From NCBI GenBank assembly GCA_965645245.1, contig OZ287085.1:558001-622000 (forward strand): 64,000 nt of DNA. Reading direction: 5' to 3'. A model generated the notes under the pieces. The model was not told the origin of the DNA and did not search any database. It saw only the letters and a program-made list of their open reading frames with translations. Origin of the DNA: Massalongia carnosa (Eukaryota). Position 1 is the first letter of the stretch. Each line of letters opens with the position of its first letter. Positions 12,433-25,103 of the stretch are shown in pieces. The position numbers and the translations under genes are program-made.

Positions 12433-14120
12433 TAAGACTTTGTTGAATCTGCATATTATGTCAATTGTGTCATTTTTTTTCGACATATGAAATACATGAA
12501 TTTATCGATATAATCGTTTAAAAAAGTTGTTATTATATTCCTATGATCGATATTTAGATCGTGGTAAGCTGCGAAAAGTTATTGATTCGATTAAAAATGC
12601 AAAGATTTGATCTAAATTTACTTTGTATTGTTGTAAATATTCTTTACACTTTATCTAACTTTAAAGCAAATGATATTTTTATTTACGTAACGTTTCAGCT
12701 TAAATATTTATTTGTCACTTAAGAATATATGTTCGAATTTTATAAATTCGATGAATAATTTATCTCAAATATTTTTCTTCAGCAAACTTTTGATATCTTT
12801 ATTTATTGTCAGACTTCATTCATTTACGTATTTGAAATTTATTGCTTGATAATATATTTGTTATTCAATTGTGTTTAATTTAATAAACGTATTGAAATCG
12901 TTTAAGTAAGATGCTTTTCCTATTTTAAATTCTTTAATCAGAAGTATAAATGAGTCTTCTTCGTCTTTATTTGTTAAAATAGAATTGTTTTTAGATTTCC
13001 TAAATGTCTCATTTGACAAAAGACTCAACACTTGTTTGACATTATCGTGTTTTTTTAATAAATTTCGTTCACGTTTGATGATTTCACTTTTCTTGAAACT
13101 GAATTCTGATTAATCTTTTGAAGAAGTAAGACAACTTTCAAATATGATATCTTTCTTATTTTAAAATAATTTGAAATCATACGTAAATAGATCGATCATA
13201 TCTTTTTATATAACGTTAACTCTTGATTCTTATAATTCAATAGTCTTTTATTATAAAGACGCGTTAAACAGTGATTTTATCATATTCATATAGAATTTCT
13301 TTCATAGCTTTTTGAGAAAATTTTATAGTCTAGCTGTTTATTTTTTTTCGTTTTTCTTCGTAAATATACGCATAAACTGTAAATTCGAGAATTCTCAGAT
13401 GTATCAATTTAGATGACTTATTCTCTTAAATATCATCCGAAATTTTATTTGTTAAAACGATAATTGATCTGACGTGCTTGATATAAATCATAATTAAAAT
13501 CACTTCTGTTCACAATCAGTCTGAAATTTCTTCGACAATAATATTGTTAATGTTTAAATTCTACCAGCATTGCCTAGCCGATAGATTAGATAAGATCAGA
13601 TCTAATCTAGTTGCATAGAGGCTCGGATAAACTATTATTATCTCGCTAGTAGAGAAAACTAACAGAAAAGAAACAGATTACTCTGCACTCCGTAGCAACT
13701 CTGAATAATTAACATCATAATCATATAGGCCCCTATCTTTACATAGTCATATAGTTACAGTTATAGACCTATTCAACAAATATTTTATCTTATCATATTT
13801 ATGATTCTTTTATTTATTCGTTACTCGACTACGTTTTTCTCTTGAGAATATGAAGCAGCTTATTCAAACCTTCTATCTTGTTTCAGAACTTAAACTTCTT
13901 ATTTGTGACTGCGAAGCTTCGTATCGAAGTCAATCCGAAAACTATTTATAAATTTAGTCTTTCGAATTTGTTTTGAATCATGCTGTAATACGAGAACAAA
14001 TAATCGATTTGTTCACTTTTCTTATATTTGATATAAACATGAGTGTATCTTTTAACATCACAAAAGAAAGTGGAAAAGTAAAGTTTTAAAGAAGTTCAGC
14101 TGACTTGATTGATTTTACTA
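12433..14120. other. Very AT-rich hypermutated repeat relic
   Basis: No ORF >=60 aa; strong C/G depletion except in TCG/CGA-type contexts; origin not identifiable by eye. Confidence 0.5.
13545..13778 (+). mobile_element. Solo Copia-type LTR (234 bp)
   Basis: TGTTAA...TTCAACA with perfect AATAT TSD; start resembles family V LTRs (52046, 63106). Confidence 0.85.
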
Positions 14121-14135
14121 ATATGCGGGGTCAGA

Positions 14136-15161
14136 TTTAATGGGCTACGAGACCAGTAAGCTAATCACGAGCGAGACTGATCTCGAAATAGGAAATGCTC
14201 AGCGGGAGAGGTGGAAGATAGCTACTACGTGATGGTCTCCGAGAGTATATGTGATCCAAAGAACTAATAGATGTGGAAGTGCTTAGACCAAGAGATCTCG
14301 TCCGAGACCCAAACGTAGGTTGTTCATATAATAAAGACTAATTGCTAACGAATACTACAGGATTAGTTCTTGTATTTATCCTACTCATCCCAAGCCTATA
14401 GCCTTGTGAGCCTTGGAACCTTAGGAGCCTTGCAATCCACTTCTGACCTTATCGTCTTACATCTAACCATCCCTCAGGATCCATCTACGAACTCGGCGTT
14501 CGCTGGATCATCTAGTCAGCCTCGAGCAGCCTTCTAGACCTTCCCTTGCAAAGTAGAACACTTCTACCTCCGGCTAGATCCCTCACTACATTGCTAGCCT
14601 GCATCTAAACATAAAGTCTAGACGCCGGGCTATGTAGCTTCATTCCGCCGTCACCACTACCAACGTCGCGGTGGAACGTTACCTCTGACTGAATCTCTAT
14701 CTACACTGCGGACCTGCCTCTAGACACAAGGTCTAGACCACAAGGTTATGGAGGTTGATTTAGCCGACATCACTACCAACGTAGCAATAAAGGTGAAAGC
14801 TGAAGTTTACACCGGGGAGGCCGAGCTCAAGCTGCGTCCAGCTAGCCGTGCCTCCTGCTACAACTCTTGATCCATCAAGAGATCGAGTAGCTCTGAGTAG
14901 GCCAGTAGATTCCATATAGAGTTCACGGCTTCTCCACAGGAGTTCGCCTTACTCCATGGCAATCTAGCACCACGGCCTCGACAGGTGTTTGATCTGTAAG
15001 CAGTCTGGAACGTAGTAACAACTAATTCGGAGTTGTGTGGCAAGGTGGCGTCGTGTCAACCTCGACGGCTGCGCGAATAAGTACTACGGCCTGGCTCATG
15101 CTAGTTAATCTCGCAACCGCCTTAGGCGATCACGTATCCTTCTAGCGCCATCCGTATTATA
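14136..15161 (-). mobile_element. Solo LTR Z (~1.03 kb), copy 1
   Basis: Reverse complement of 16366-17392; TCAGA TSD; ends mutated to TT...TA. Confidence 0.85.
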
Positions 15162-15340
15162 TCAGAAGTGTCCGGATAGGCGAGAATTTTTCTAGTTTTG
15201 AAAAGTAAACAACTATCTTTCAATCCATCATGCCACTACCACTTAGCTCTAAATAGCCTAAAACTACGCGCAAAGAAGTGCCCCTAATAATACGAGCTTA
15301 AATATACGGTATAGGCCTCGCCAGGGCCTTCGTTATTACT
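15162..15340 (+). pseudogene. Possible 5' fragment of a Tc1-like transposon (left end near 14122, split by LTR Z)
   Basis: Stop-riddled frame MPLPLSSK*PKTTRKEVPLIIRA*IYG resembles the N-terminus of the 25247 transposase (RGREVSPSTRGAI). Confidence 0.3.
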
Positions 15341-15434
15341 ATACACGAAAAGTTTCCGTAATAGAGTCGTTCTACCAAAGGAGATACTTTAGAGAAGGCT
15401 ACATCACGCGACGATCAAAAATCGGAAGTACGAT

Positions 15435-15586
15435 TACGCCGCGCAACGGGTTGGGTTTTCGCTACAAAATTGCTTTTTCGCCACCGGGTTTTTCTTTCAA
15501 AACTCAACCCAGATACCAAAATTCATAGGGTTCGCCACGAACGGGTTGGGTTTTCAGTAGAGAAACCCGAACCGTTGTGCGGCGTA
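15435..15586 (+). mobile_element. hAT-type MITE, short variant (152 bp)
   Basis: TACGCCGCGCAACGGG...CCGTTGTGCGGCGTA; no clear TSD. Confidence 0.8.
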
Positions 15587-15625
15587 TTTATATATTTATT
15601 TCAAAATCTCATAATTCTCTTCGAT

Positions 15626-15777
15626 TATGTCGCGCAATAGGTCGGGTTTCTCTAATGAAATTCTTATCAGTTTGTGACGAATCCTATAATTTTTTATATT
15701 CGGGTTAAATTTTAAAAGAAAACCCCGGTGGCGAAAAAGCAATTTTGTGACGAAAATTTAATCTGTTACGAGGCTTA
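15626..15777 (-). mobile_element. hAT-type MITE, short variant
   Basis: Inverted degenerate copy; TSD TCTTCGAT/TTTTCGAT. Confidence 0.75.
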
Positions 15778-15869
15778 TTTTCGATGCTTTTATCATATGT
15801 CAAAACATTAATAACGTTTACAAATTCTATGATATTATTTGTGTTTGAATTTGATCGTTCACATATTTT

Positions 15870-16282
15870 TACGTCGCGCAACGGGTCGGCTTTGTTATGA
15901 TCTACCTAGAGACAAGTCATAGTGACGCTAGAAACGAATACAATAAAGATAAAGAAGGAAAATGTCAACTGACAATCCGAACCTGCCTCTATATATCCAC
16001 TATTGCGCTAGTACCCATATGGTATTTGCGGGGTAGAATCTTCTAATGACTGCAGGAACAAAACTTCCTACGTGCTCCATCTACGGTTCGCCCTAGGCGG
16101 TGCCGAGTTTATCCGAGTACCGAGGCCGTGCCGAGTAGAATCGTGACAGGGTTTCTCTATTGAAAATTTAACCTGTTTATGACTAACATTGTGAAGTTCG
16201 CTTTCCGGGTTGAGTTTTGAAAGAAAAACCCGCTGGCCAAAAAGTAGTTTTGTGACATAAACCTAACCCGTTCTGCGACGTA
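15870..16282 (-). mobile_element. hAT-type MITE carrying a solo LTR (15893-16148)
   Basis: Perfect CATATTTT TSD; inner TGTTATGA...TCGTGACA with GGCTT/GGGTT TSD. Confidence 0.85.
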
Positions 16283-16294
16283 CATATTTTCAAT

Positions 16295-17770
16295 ATAATG
16301 ATGAGGATAATTAATTTTTGTGCCGATCTGACACCGGCCGAAGGCCGGCCCATGTGGGCTATCTATGAATTACGGATGGCGCTAGAAGGATACGTGATCG
16401 CCTACGGCGGTTGCGGGATTTACTAGCATGAGCCAGGCCGTAGTACTTAGTCGCACAGCCGTCGAGGTTGACACGACGCCACCTTGCCACACAACTCCGA
16501 ACTAGTTGTTACTACGTTCTAGACTGCTTACAGATCAAACACCTGTCGAGGCTGTAGTGGTAGATTGCCATGGAGTAAGGCGAACTCCTGTGAAGAAGCC
16601 GTGAACTCTATAAGGAATCTACTGGCCTACTCGGAGCTACTCGATCTCTTGATGGATCAAGAGTTGTAGCAGGAGGCACGGCTAGCTGGACGCAGCTTGT
16701 GCTCGGCCTCCCTGGTGTAAACTTCAGCTTCTACCTTTATTGCTACGTTGATAGTAATGTCGACTGAGTGAACCTACATGACCTAGTGCTCTAGATCTTG
16801 TGTCTAGAGGCAGGTCCTTAGTGTAGATAGAGATTCAGTCGGAGGTAACCTTCCATCGCTACGTTGATAGTGGTGACGGCGAAATGAAGCTACATAGCCT
16901 CGGCGTCTAGACTTTATATTTAGAGGCAGGCTAGCAATGTAGTGAGGGATCTAGCCGGAGGTAGAAGTGTTCTACCTTGCAAGGGAAGGTCTAGACGGCT
17001 GCTCGAGGCTGACTAGATGATCCAGCGAACGCCGAGTTCGTAGATGGATCCTGAGGGATGATTAGATGTAAGGCGATAAGGTCAGAAGTGGGTTGCAAGG
17101 CTCCTAAGGTTCCAAGGCTCCCAAGGCTATAGGCTTGGGGTGAGTAGGATAAATACCAGATCGAATCCTGTAGTATTCGTTAGCAATTAGTCTTTATACT
17201 ATGATCAACCTACGTTTGGGTCTCGGACGAGATCTCTTGGTCCAAGCACTTCCACATCCATTAGTTCTTTGGATCACATATACTCTCGGAGAGCAGCACG
17301 TAGTAACTATCTTCCACCTCTCACGCTGAGCATTTCCCCTTTCGAGATCAGTGTCGCTCGTGATTAGCTTACTAGTCTCGTAGCCCATTACAATCTACTT
17401 ATTCTTACAGGGAAAACCTTTTAAAGGGATAAAAACCATGCGGACTGCGCCATTATCCCAAACGTGTTACGTTTCTGGACTGCATTCTTCGCTCGATTTT
17501 CTGTGAAATCCTTGACAAAATGAGAGTTATCACTCGTATAACAGTTGCGATGCTAGTGAAAATTGGGTCAGCAAATATGCTTTTATTATCCATGTGGTAA
17601 GTTTTTTCAACATTTTCGACGAGCTCTGGATCGTTCGATAGTCGTTGGAGCCTATTTGTTTTAGCACTTCGTATCTGCCGTCGATTAGCCTGCAATGTAG
17701 AATGATGTTTTTGGCTGTCTGCTTCTGAAAACCGCACGAGCAGGCCGGGGTCATAACGCCCGGGATATTT
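16295..17770 (-). mobile_element. Tad1-like LINE 3' fragment, interrupted by LTR Z
   Basis: ORF2 C-terminus CSCGFQKQTAKNIILHC...QFSLASQLLY (17530-17770), 3' UTR palindrome and ATC-type tail near 16295. Confidence 0.75.
16366..17392 (+). mobile_element. Solo LTR Z, copy 2
   Basis: TG...TTACA; perfect ATCTA TSD. Confidence 0.9.
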
Positions 17771-17864
17771 TCAATATATCTATATGATAAAATAGATAAA
17801 GAATAAAGAATTTTTTTTTGCGATATATTAATTGTCATCGCGAATCGCTCGATCGCTTTTCGAC

Positions 17865-18016
17865 AACGCCGCGTAACGGGTTGAGTTTTCGTCACAAATT
17901 TGATTTTTCGTCATCGTTTTTATCTTTAAAAACTCAACCCGGTCATAAAAAATTTCAGGGTTCGCCACGAACGGATTAGGTTTTCAGTAGAGTAACCCGA
18001 CCCGTTGCGCGGCGTA
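17865..18016 (+). mobile_element. hAT-type MITE, short variant
   Basis: Perfect TTTTCGAC 8-bp TSD; TIRs intact apart from the first base. Confidence 0.9.
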
Positions 18017-18084
18017 TTTTCGACTTTTAATTAAAATTGTGCTACGATAATTTAAGAGTTTATTTAATCAATTAATAATTTATT

Positions 18085-18820
18085 GTGACCCCCGAATCTC
18101 GTCCGAGAAATAGGGGAGGCACACGCCGCTCATAACAAAATAACTACTCAAATAAAAAAACGACACACAGTTGAATGGCAGGCCTCGTGGAGATCATATC
18201 AGGAACGCACACCCGTTCCCACCCCGGCACAATCAGGTTCACTCTCCAAAAAACGCATCAAATTGCACGAAATTCTAGCCAAAGCGGAGAGCGAGCTAGC
18301 TATTCCGATACGCTCAGAAAAGATAAGCCTAACCGCCTTCCTACATAGACACCGAGTCCTAGACGTCTCGTCCTCGAACTGCTCATGTGGCTAACACAAA
18401 CAGACTGCAAAACATGTGATCATGTTTTGCAAACTGAACGGCAACAGAAAAACTCTGCTAAATACGATAGACACAAATAACTATCGATTAATCATTGAGT
18501 TATCTAAAGCAATGAAATTAGTCACAAAGTGGCTAATGAAGACAGATTTGTTGTCACAATTTTCGCTAACAGCATAGCATCTATACTGCTAACAGTAGGC
18601 ATGCTTTGTTTCATTTTTCTTACTTGTTTTAGGTCAAAGGTTTTTTTATTGAGCATACGGCTGGGACCAGGAGGGTCCTCGGCCGCACACAGGATTGCAT
18701 GGTTTTTCTTCCTTAAAAGGTTTTCCATGTACTATAAAACTAGATTGACTCGCCCGCGTGGGATATCCTTCGGCCGGTACTACATCGGAATGAGAATAAT
18801 CATCATCATCATCATTATAA
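18085..18820 (+). mobile_element. Tad1-like LINE 3' fragment
   Basis: Frame KAESELAIPIRSEKISLTAFL...CSCG*HKQTAKHVIMFC...WLMKTDLLSQFSL, then (ATC)n tail at ~18795-18820. Confidence 0.8.
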
Positions 18821-18899
18821 TTCATTTTGAGATTTTTATTTGACGTAGATTGTATGTTAATCTTTTATGTGAAATTGTATTAAACGTGTCTGTTGACTC

Positions 18900-19050
18900 T
18901 ACGCCGCGCAACATGTCGGGTTTCTCTACGGAAAACCCAACCCGTTTGTGGCAAACCCTATGATTTTTGGTGTCCGGGTTGAGTTTTCAGAGAAAATCTT
19001 AGTATCAAAAAACAATTTTGAGCCAAAACCCCAACCCGTTGCGCGGAGTT
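18900..19050 (-). mobile_element. hAT-type MITE, short variant
   Basis: TIRs present; TSD GTTGACTC/GTTGCGTC (6/8). Confidence 0.8.
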
Positions 19051-20100
19051 GTTGCGTCTAGACAAGATTATACGAGTATAAAAGGATGCTGATTAAATAA
19101 GCAAGTCTACTCACCTATACAAGCTTAAAATACGCTAGTCTCTACTGTGACTTCCCATAAAGGTAGCTACGACTATATTTATTTAATTTTATGATAAATT
19201 TTAATATTTTATTTATGATGATAATGATAATGTATTCATACTCCGATATGTCACCGAGGCCGGCCTTTGCGAGCAAAGCTATCTTAGTTATGTTATATAG
19301 AAAACCTTTTTCAGGTGGATAAACTATATCCTTTGATACATGTCCGATGTGACACCGGGCCGACGTCGGATAGGAGACGCAGAGCAAAAATCAGGTGAGA
19401 AATGTGACGCCTTATAAGATAAAAAGGAAAAGAGAAGTGAAAATAATGTTAATTGTACAATAGTGTAGATGCCACTGAGAATTGGGTCAGTAGACCTGTT
19501 TTCATTAGCCAAGTAGTTAATATCTTTAGAGTTTGTCATGTTTCGGTCAGCTGTTGATAGTTGTTCGTGCCAGCGGCTGGAATCATTTGTTCTCTATTGT
19601 CAATAAGTCTACAGATCATAATTACGTGTTCTGGAGTTTATCTGTGCCAGCGAAATGGGCAGGCCGGTGATGTGACGGCGGGGACCCGTCGCTAGTAGAG
19701 GAAATCAGCTAGACCGATCTTACCGGTGCGGATCTGTGTTGTCAAGGCTCTTTCTGCCTTTTTTATCAGCGTGTGTATTTTCAGTCGTTTTTTGCTAAGT
19801 GGGACTGATTGCGCTATTGAGGGTTCGGTGACGCGATTTTGATATGCGCTCCACGAGTCGTTCCAGACTTTCAGCTGTCGTGCTTTAATTGTCTGCAATT
19901 TTTTTGACGAGCCAATGCTGCTACGGAGATTTCGCGGAGATGCGCTAGGGAGTGGTCGGACCATTGTGGGTGTGCTTTAGATGGTTGAACGATTTTGCGT
20001 CGATACGTAGGTTTTTGGCCCAGGTGTGCTTCAGCTCTCCCGGACTGGGGTTTTGAAGGCGTTTGCGACCTGCCTTGCCGTGAAGTTTGTTAACTATTTT

Positions 20101-20298
20101 ATATCGAAAGGTAGTATAGTAGATAGAGGATAAAACGCTTGTTATCGTTCTATATAGTGGGAATAGCCAGATTTATAGACAATGTACGGTATGCTAGTAT
20201 TAGACTAGCGATACGTCTAGCTATTAGCGTGCGCAATACTCGTGCGGTAAAAGGTGAGTGCGGCTGAAATGAAGTATCCTGATTTGGACATTCTAACA
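20101..20298. repeat. ~200-bp LTR-like insertion in LINE ORF2
   Basis: Removal with an ATTTT duplication restores LCSKIVNKLHGK; ends CTAACA; boundaries approximate. Confidence 0.5.
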
Positions 20299-22814
20299 TT
20301 TTGCTGCATAAGGAAGAAATGACCTTCGATTGACCTCCGGCTCGGAGTCAATGTCTGGCCTGCGTCTGTAGCGTGTCGAGGTATACATCTATAGGTGTTA
20401 TATATGTCTCTGCTTCAAGAACTGGAATTGGAGTGGCTTTAAAGGCAACTGTTATGGTACGAAGGCAGTTGTTTTCTATAACGGAAAGCTTGCTCGTTGA
20501 CGTTTTTGACTTTTTGACTTCTTTGGGCATTTGCCATACGGTTGAACTATATGTCATGACTAGACGCACTACGGCGCTGTAAACTCGCCTTGCTTTGGTG
20601 AAGGTGGCACCCAAAGTCGATATGGAGATTTGTCAATGCCATGGATTGTTTAACAATTTTCTTTTGCGTTTTGCGAACGTGCGGTCCTCATTTCAATTTG
20701 GTGTCAATTTGCAAGCCTAAGAATCTAATGTCCGTTTTTGGCTCAATTTCGGTGCTTGCAATGTTGATAGATGCAGCCATATTGAATCTTTCAGGATTTT
20801 TAGACAAGTGAATAAGTTCGTACTTCGTCGGAGCGAATAGAGATCCGTATCGGGAAGCCCACTTTTCGAATTGTCTGTGTATTGACTCCAGAGTCTTGAA
20901 ATTCTCTTCGGTGCTTTTTCCGTATGCCAAAATGTTGGCATCGTCTACAAATTATATGGCACTTGGGTTTGTGCCTGGTCGCTGACATATTTCCAATATG
21001 TCTGCATTATAGAACAGATAAAGGATTGATGAGAGAGGGGAGCCCTGTGGTATGCCAGTTCTCACCGCGAATCGTCCGGTTGTTTTTCGATTTATAGCTA
21101 GAAATGTGCTACGGTCATTTAAAAAGCTAATTAACCAATCAGTAATCCGTTTCGGGATAATTCTTTTATGTAATTATATACTAATCTTTAATTTGAAACT
21201 GTATCAAACGCGCCGGCGACGTCTATGCTTAAAAGTGTTGCTACTTTGTCTTTTCCTTGTCTACAAATCGTGTGAACCTGTTCGGTTAACAACTCCAGAG
21301 CTGATTCTGTAGATCTGCCCTTTCTCGCTCCCATCTGTGGGTCGGGCAGGAGCCGATGTGTTTCCGCTAAATAGATTATTTTTGATCCTATGATAGATTC
21401 CATTACTTTGCTGAGCGTGTTGAGTAATGCAATTGGTCGGTAAGCCTTTGGAGTGATGTAATTTCCTTTGTCTATTTTTCTTAATACTATTGTGTTTGCC
21501 ATTTTGAAGTGTCGGGGATAGTACGAAGATGTAAAGCACGCCTGAAACAGAGGTGTTAATAGTTCAACAAGTTTTTCCGCGCATGCCTTGAGTACTCTAT
21601 TAGATATGCCGTCAGGACCCGGTGCTTTATCGGGCTTGAGCCGATGCAGGGCTTCGATACTTCTGACCTGGTGATAATCATTGGACAGTGCGGAGATGCT
21701 GGATAGAAGGATCCTTCTTTATCGCTTATGTCGGCCGGTGGTATTGCGGGAAAGAAAATGCTTTTCAGCATTTCAGCTTTCTCATCAAACGTGTCTGCTA
21801 TTTGATCTTTGAACTTTAAAGTCGGCATTTTGGGTACTTCTCTAGCTGAGTGTCTTTTGTCTTTGGCCTATTTCGCTAGCCGCCACAGACCCTGAGACGT
21901 TTTGGTAGCCTTACTGATCTCTTGACGAAAATCTGTCCTCTTTGCTTTTTGGATAATTTTCTGTTTCTTGTCATTAGATTTCATGTAGTTGGACCAGTCC
22001 GCTAGATCTCGTGTTTCAGACTATATGCGGCGTAATTTTCGTGTGGCTTTGGTGGCAATATTGCATTCTTCTGTCCAGAAAGGCTTAGCATATTCGCTAG
22101 GTTTCGCCTATAGAACGGCTGCATTGATGACCTTTTGTAGGAATTTTTGAATCGATTCTGTGTACGTATCGATCTCGGCAGGTGTGCAGGAAGATGTCGG
22201 TAGAGGTGCGTGGCGCTCGGCTTCCCTTAATTTTTCCAAATTCAGAAGTTTCCATGCCCTGCGTTTACTTTTTGATTGCGACTCACTACCGAGTTGGATG
22301 CGGGTTGATATCGGTACGTGATCGGACAATTGATTTAATTCTGGTCTGGTCATACAGTATTCAAGTCTTTCAACTAGATAGTCTGACATGAAAACTAGAT
22401 CGATCGTGCTAAACGTGTTTCTTGCTTCCCATGTTACGGTAGCTTTCGGCAATGTTAGCGAGAGATTGAATTCATCGATGATATCTAACAATTGATCAGC
22501 TGCAGCATGTTGTGTGGGTCTTGAAGGACCGTTCCAAAATGGATGATGCAGATTGAAATTACCAAGCAGGATATGATGCACGCTTTGGGTTAGCATGCTT
22601 CGAGCGGTCGATAGAGTGGAGAGGCTTTCAGTGGACGAATAGGAGGCAGGGGAGGGATAGTATACGTTGTATATATGGATCACCTCCGCTACTCCTTCGA
22701 TGCATGTTTCTATTTTTAGCAGGCACATGTCGGACGAGGGAAATTCTACTTCCCAGCTATCAGTGTCTATTGAATCGTTGATATAGAAGCACACTCTAGT
22801 GTCGCCTCCTGGGC

Positions 22815-23302
22815 TGTAATAGGGTAGGCCAAGTATGCGTTCGTTGAACGTAAGACTGGCCTATGTGGCTATATGGGATATGTACAGCCAAAACAACCAC
22901 CAAGACAATAAGGTCCCGCCTAACCCAGTTAGGCATAGTGTGGGGACTTAACTTATTATGGAGGTGTTTTCGTAGTACACGAAGTATCCCCTCGCCTCGC
23001 CTCACCTCCCCTAGCTCGCCTGCCTAGTCTCATCTACCTGTGTCTTTCGGTGACCGAAGACTTATTTCGGAGACCGAAAATACCAGGTAGTATGGGCAAG
23101 GTACGGAAGAAGAGCTTAGGTTGTGGATTGTCCTATGCTATATAGATCAATGATCAAGCACTTCAAAAGGGTAGCATTTAGTCTACCCTTTGACCCGACC
23201 CTACCTATTTTGTACCTCTATTGTGACCATCACGTTGTTTAGCCCCTTTGGATCCCATCTTCCAGTAGTGAATGCCTGCTGGGAGAAGGTCTCCCCGTTT
23301 CA
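22815..23302 (+). mobile_element. Solo LTR W (488 bp) in LINE endonuclease region
   Basis: TGTAAT...TTTCA; perfect TGGGC TSD; homolog at 61483-61966. Confidence 0.92.
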
Positions 23303-25103
23303 TGGGCGGTATAGAAGGTGAAAGCCACTTCGATGTGAACTGAGCGATGTTGGGGCGGAGGGGTTGCGCCACGGCTTCTGTATTGCAATGATATCATAGT
23401 CCTGGGTGTTTGTGTCTGCTAAGAGGGCTATCCTAGTACTAACTCTGTCATTTCTGACATTATACTGCAATATCGAGAGGGATTTTGTGTCCCTCATAGG
23501 ATTTCCATTGTTTCGACCACTGTGACTAGGGTAGCCTGGGTACCTGTCGTTACTACGGATTCTGCACGGGATATACCTAACGCTGGTTTTGCTAAGGCTT
23601 TGATCATGTTTTCAGGATACATAATGCCTATATTAGCCCCGGTTGATACTTGCTCTCCTCGGGGGAAGCCCGGTGATAAATCGGCTGAGAGCCCCGCGTT
23701 ATACATTTGTCTTTTCTTGCCGTTCACAATCTTCTATGTTGATGAAATTTCGTTCGTTTGTGTAGCTGCGAGTGTCGGCGCTCCTTGAAACTGAAATGAG
23801 GGTGATTGTGACTCGATTGTGTATAGTGGAGCGAGATTTTGCATAGCAATTTCAGTTTTCGCTTTTCAGCCTTTTTGATTTTGCATGCTGTAGACCACGC
23901 CTCGTGTCCCTTCTCTCCGCATACGGCACATCGACGGTATTGCCCCGTTTTCTCCAAGTTCCATTCTTTACTTTGATGCCCACCGGTACAGTTACCACAA
24001 GCGGCGGGATTGCGACTTGATCTACCTATGTGGCCATATTTCTGACAATTGAAGCATTGGGTCATGGTGCAACCGCGTGTAAAATGCTCACAGTCTTTTA
24101 TTTCGTAGTCCTCTATCAGGCCCTCGGTGATGAGCCGGTTAGCTATCTCGGCGGTAGCGACCTCCATGTGTAGCGTGGAGTATGTTTTCTTCTCCCTGAT
24201 GGCCTGGACTGACCAAGCTACTTTGATGATCTTGAGGTCAGGATGCAGGCGTGTGTTGGCGGCCTGCAGCTACGCGATAGCAGTTGATTGATTGTCTACT
24301 TTGATGTTTTCCACCCTGATTCCATTTGCCCTTACAGTGATGATACGAGTATTCACCGCTGCGGAGGCGGCTATCATGCGGGTCTAGTCATTCTTTTCCT
24401 ACAGAATTTTATTTGCCTCTAATGACTCCATGTGAATCTTATGTCGCCATTTAACAAGCGCGATACTCCCCGAATTCCATCCGCTCCATTTTGCAATGTT
24501 TCTACCAGCTCTTTGGTTGGCATCAGATTTATTTTTTCCTTATCTGCATTCTCCGTTATGTGAACAGTGATTTCTCGAGCGCGTCGCGCTTCCTTCGGTG
24601 TAGGTGTTTTGTCCTTTGAAGTCGGTTGTGACTTGACATTTTTGTTCGCTAGGGGTGCTAGTCTATCCCGACCTCGCCCCGTGGCGGCAGCGGCGTAGCA
24701 TTGGGGAGTTGTATCCTTCCGTTCTATGCGTATCAGTATTTGTTGAATAGATTGTAAAGTGTCAATGAGGATATTGGGCGCCTTTACGACTTCGTCGTCG
24801 ATCTGCTTTTGCGCTTGCAAAAGCTCCGCTGAATTTTCCATCAACTGTAACGCCACCGGGTTACCCACAATGCCCACACGATTAAGATACTCCTTGATTT
24901 TCTCACGCAAGCTTTCCTTCTTTTCGCTATTTTCATTCAAGAACGCGTTTTGCTGATTAAATGAATTCATCATCGCCCTTTCCTTGCTAGTGATCTTCGA
25001 TTAATTTTTTTTCGTTTCGAGGTTTATATTGTTTTAAAAAAAACCTTAAAATTCATTCACAAATCTAACATCATACGTAACGTGTCAATAACTTTATCTT
25101 ATA

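Larger units (their letters stand above)
19215..25000 (-). mobile_element. Near full-length, degenerate Tad1-clade LINE (ORF1 with zinc knuckles; ORF2 APE endonuclease-RT)
   Basis: ORF1 CFNCQKYGH, CAVCGEKGH (23494-24973); ATGA overlap with ORF2 at 23494-23497; APE motifs LQYNV, IQKPW, GNFNLHH, TIDLVF, SDH; RT YRPIALLNTLSKVME, GIPQGSPLS, FVDD; (ATC)-type tail at 19215; many stops and frameshifts. Confidence 0.92.

Noticed and set aside
14858..15043. Short ORFs recurring in LTR Z and LTR Y copies
   Set aside because: Recurrence reflects repeat identity; frames are broken by stops in sister copies
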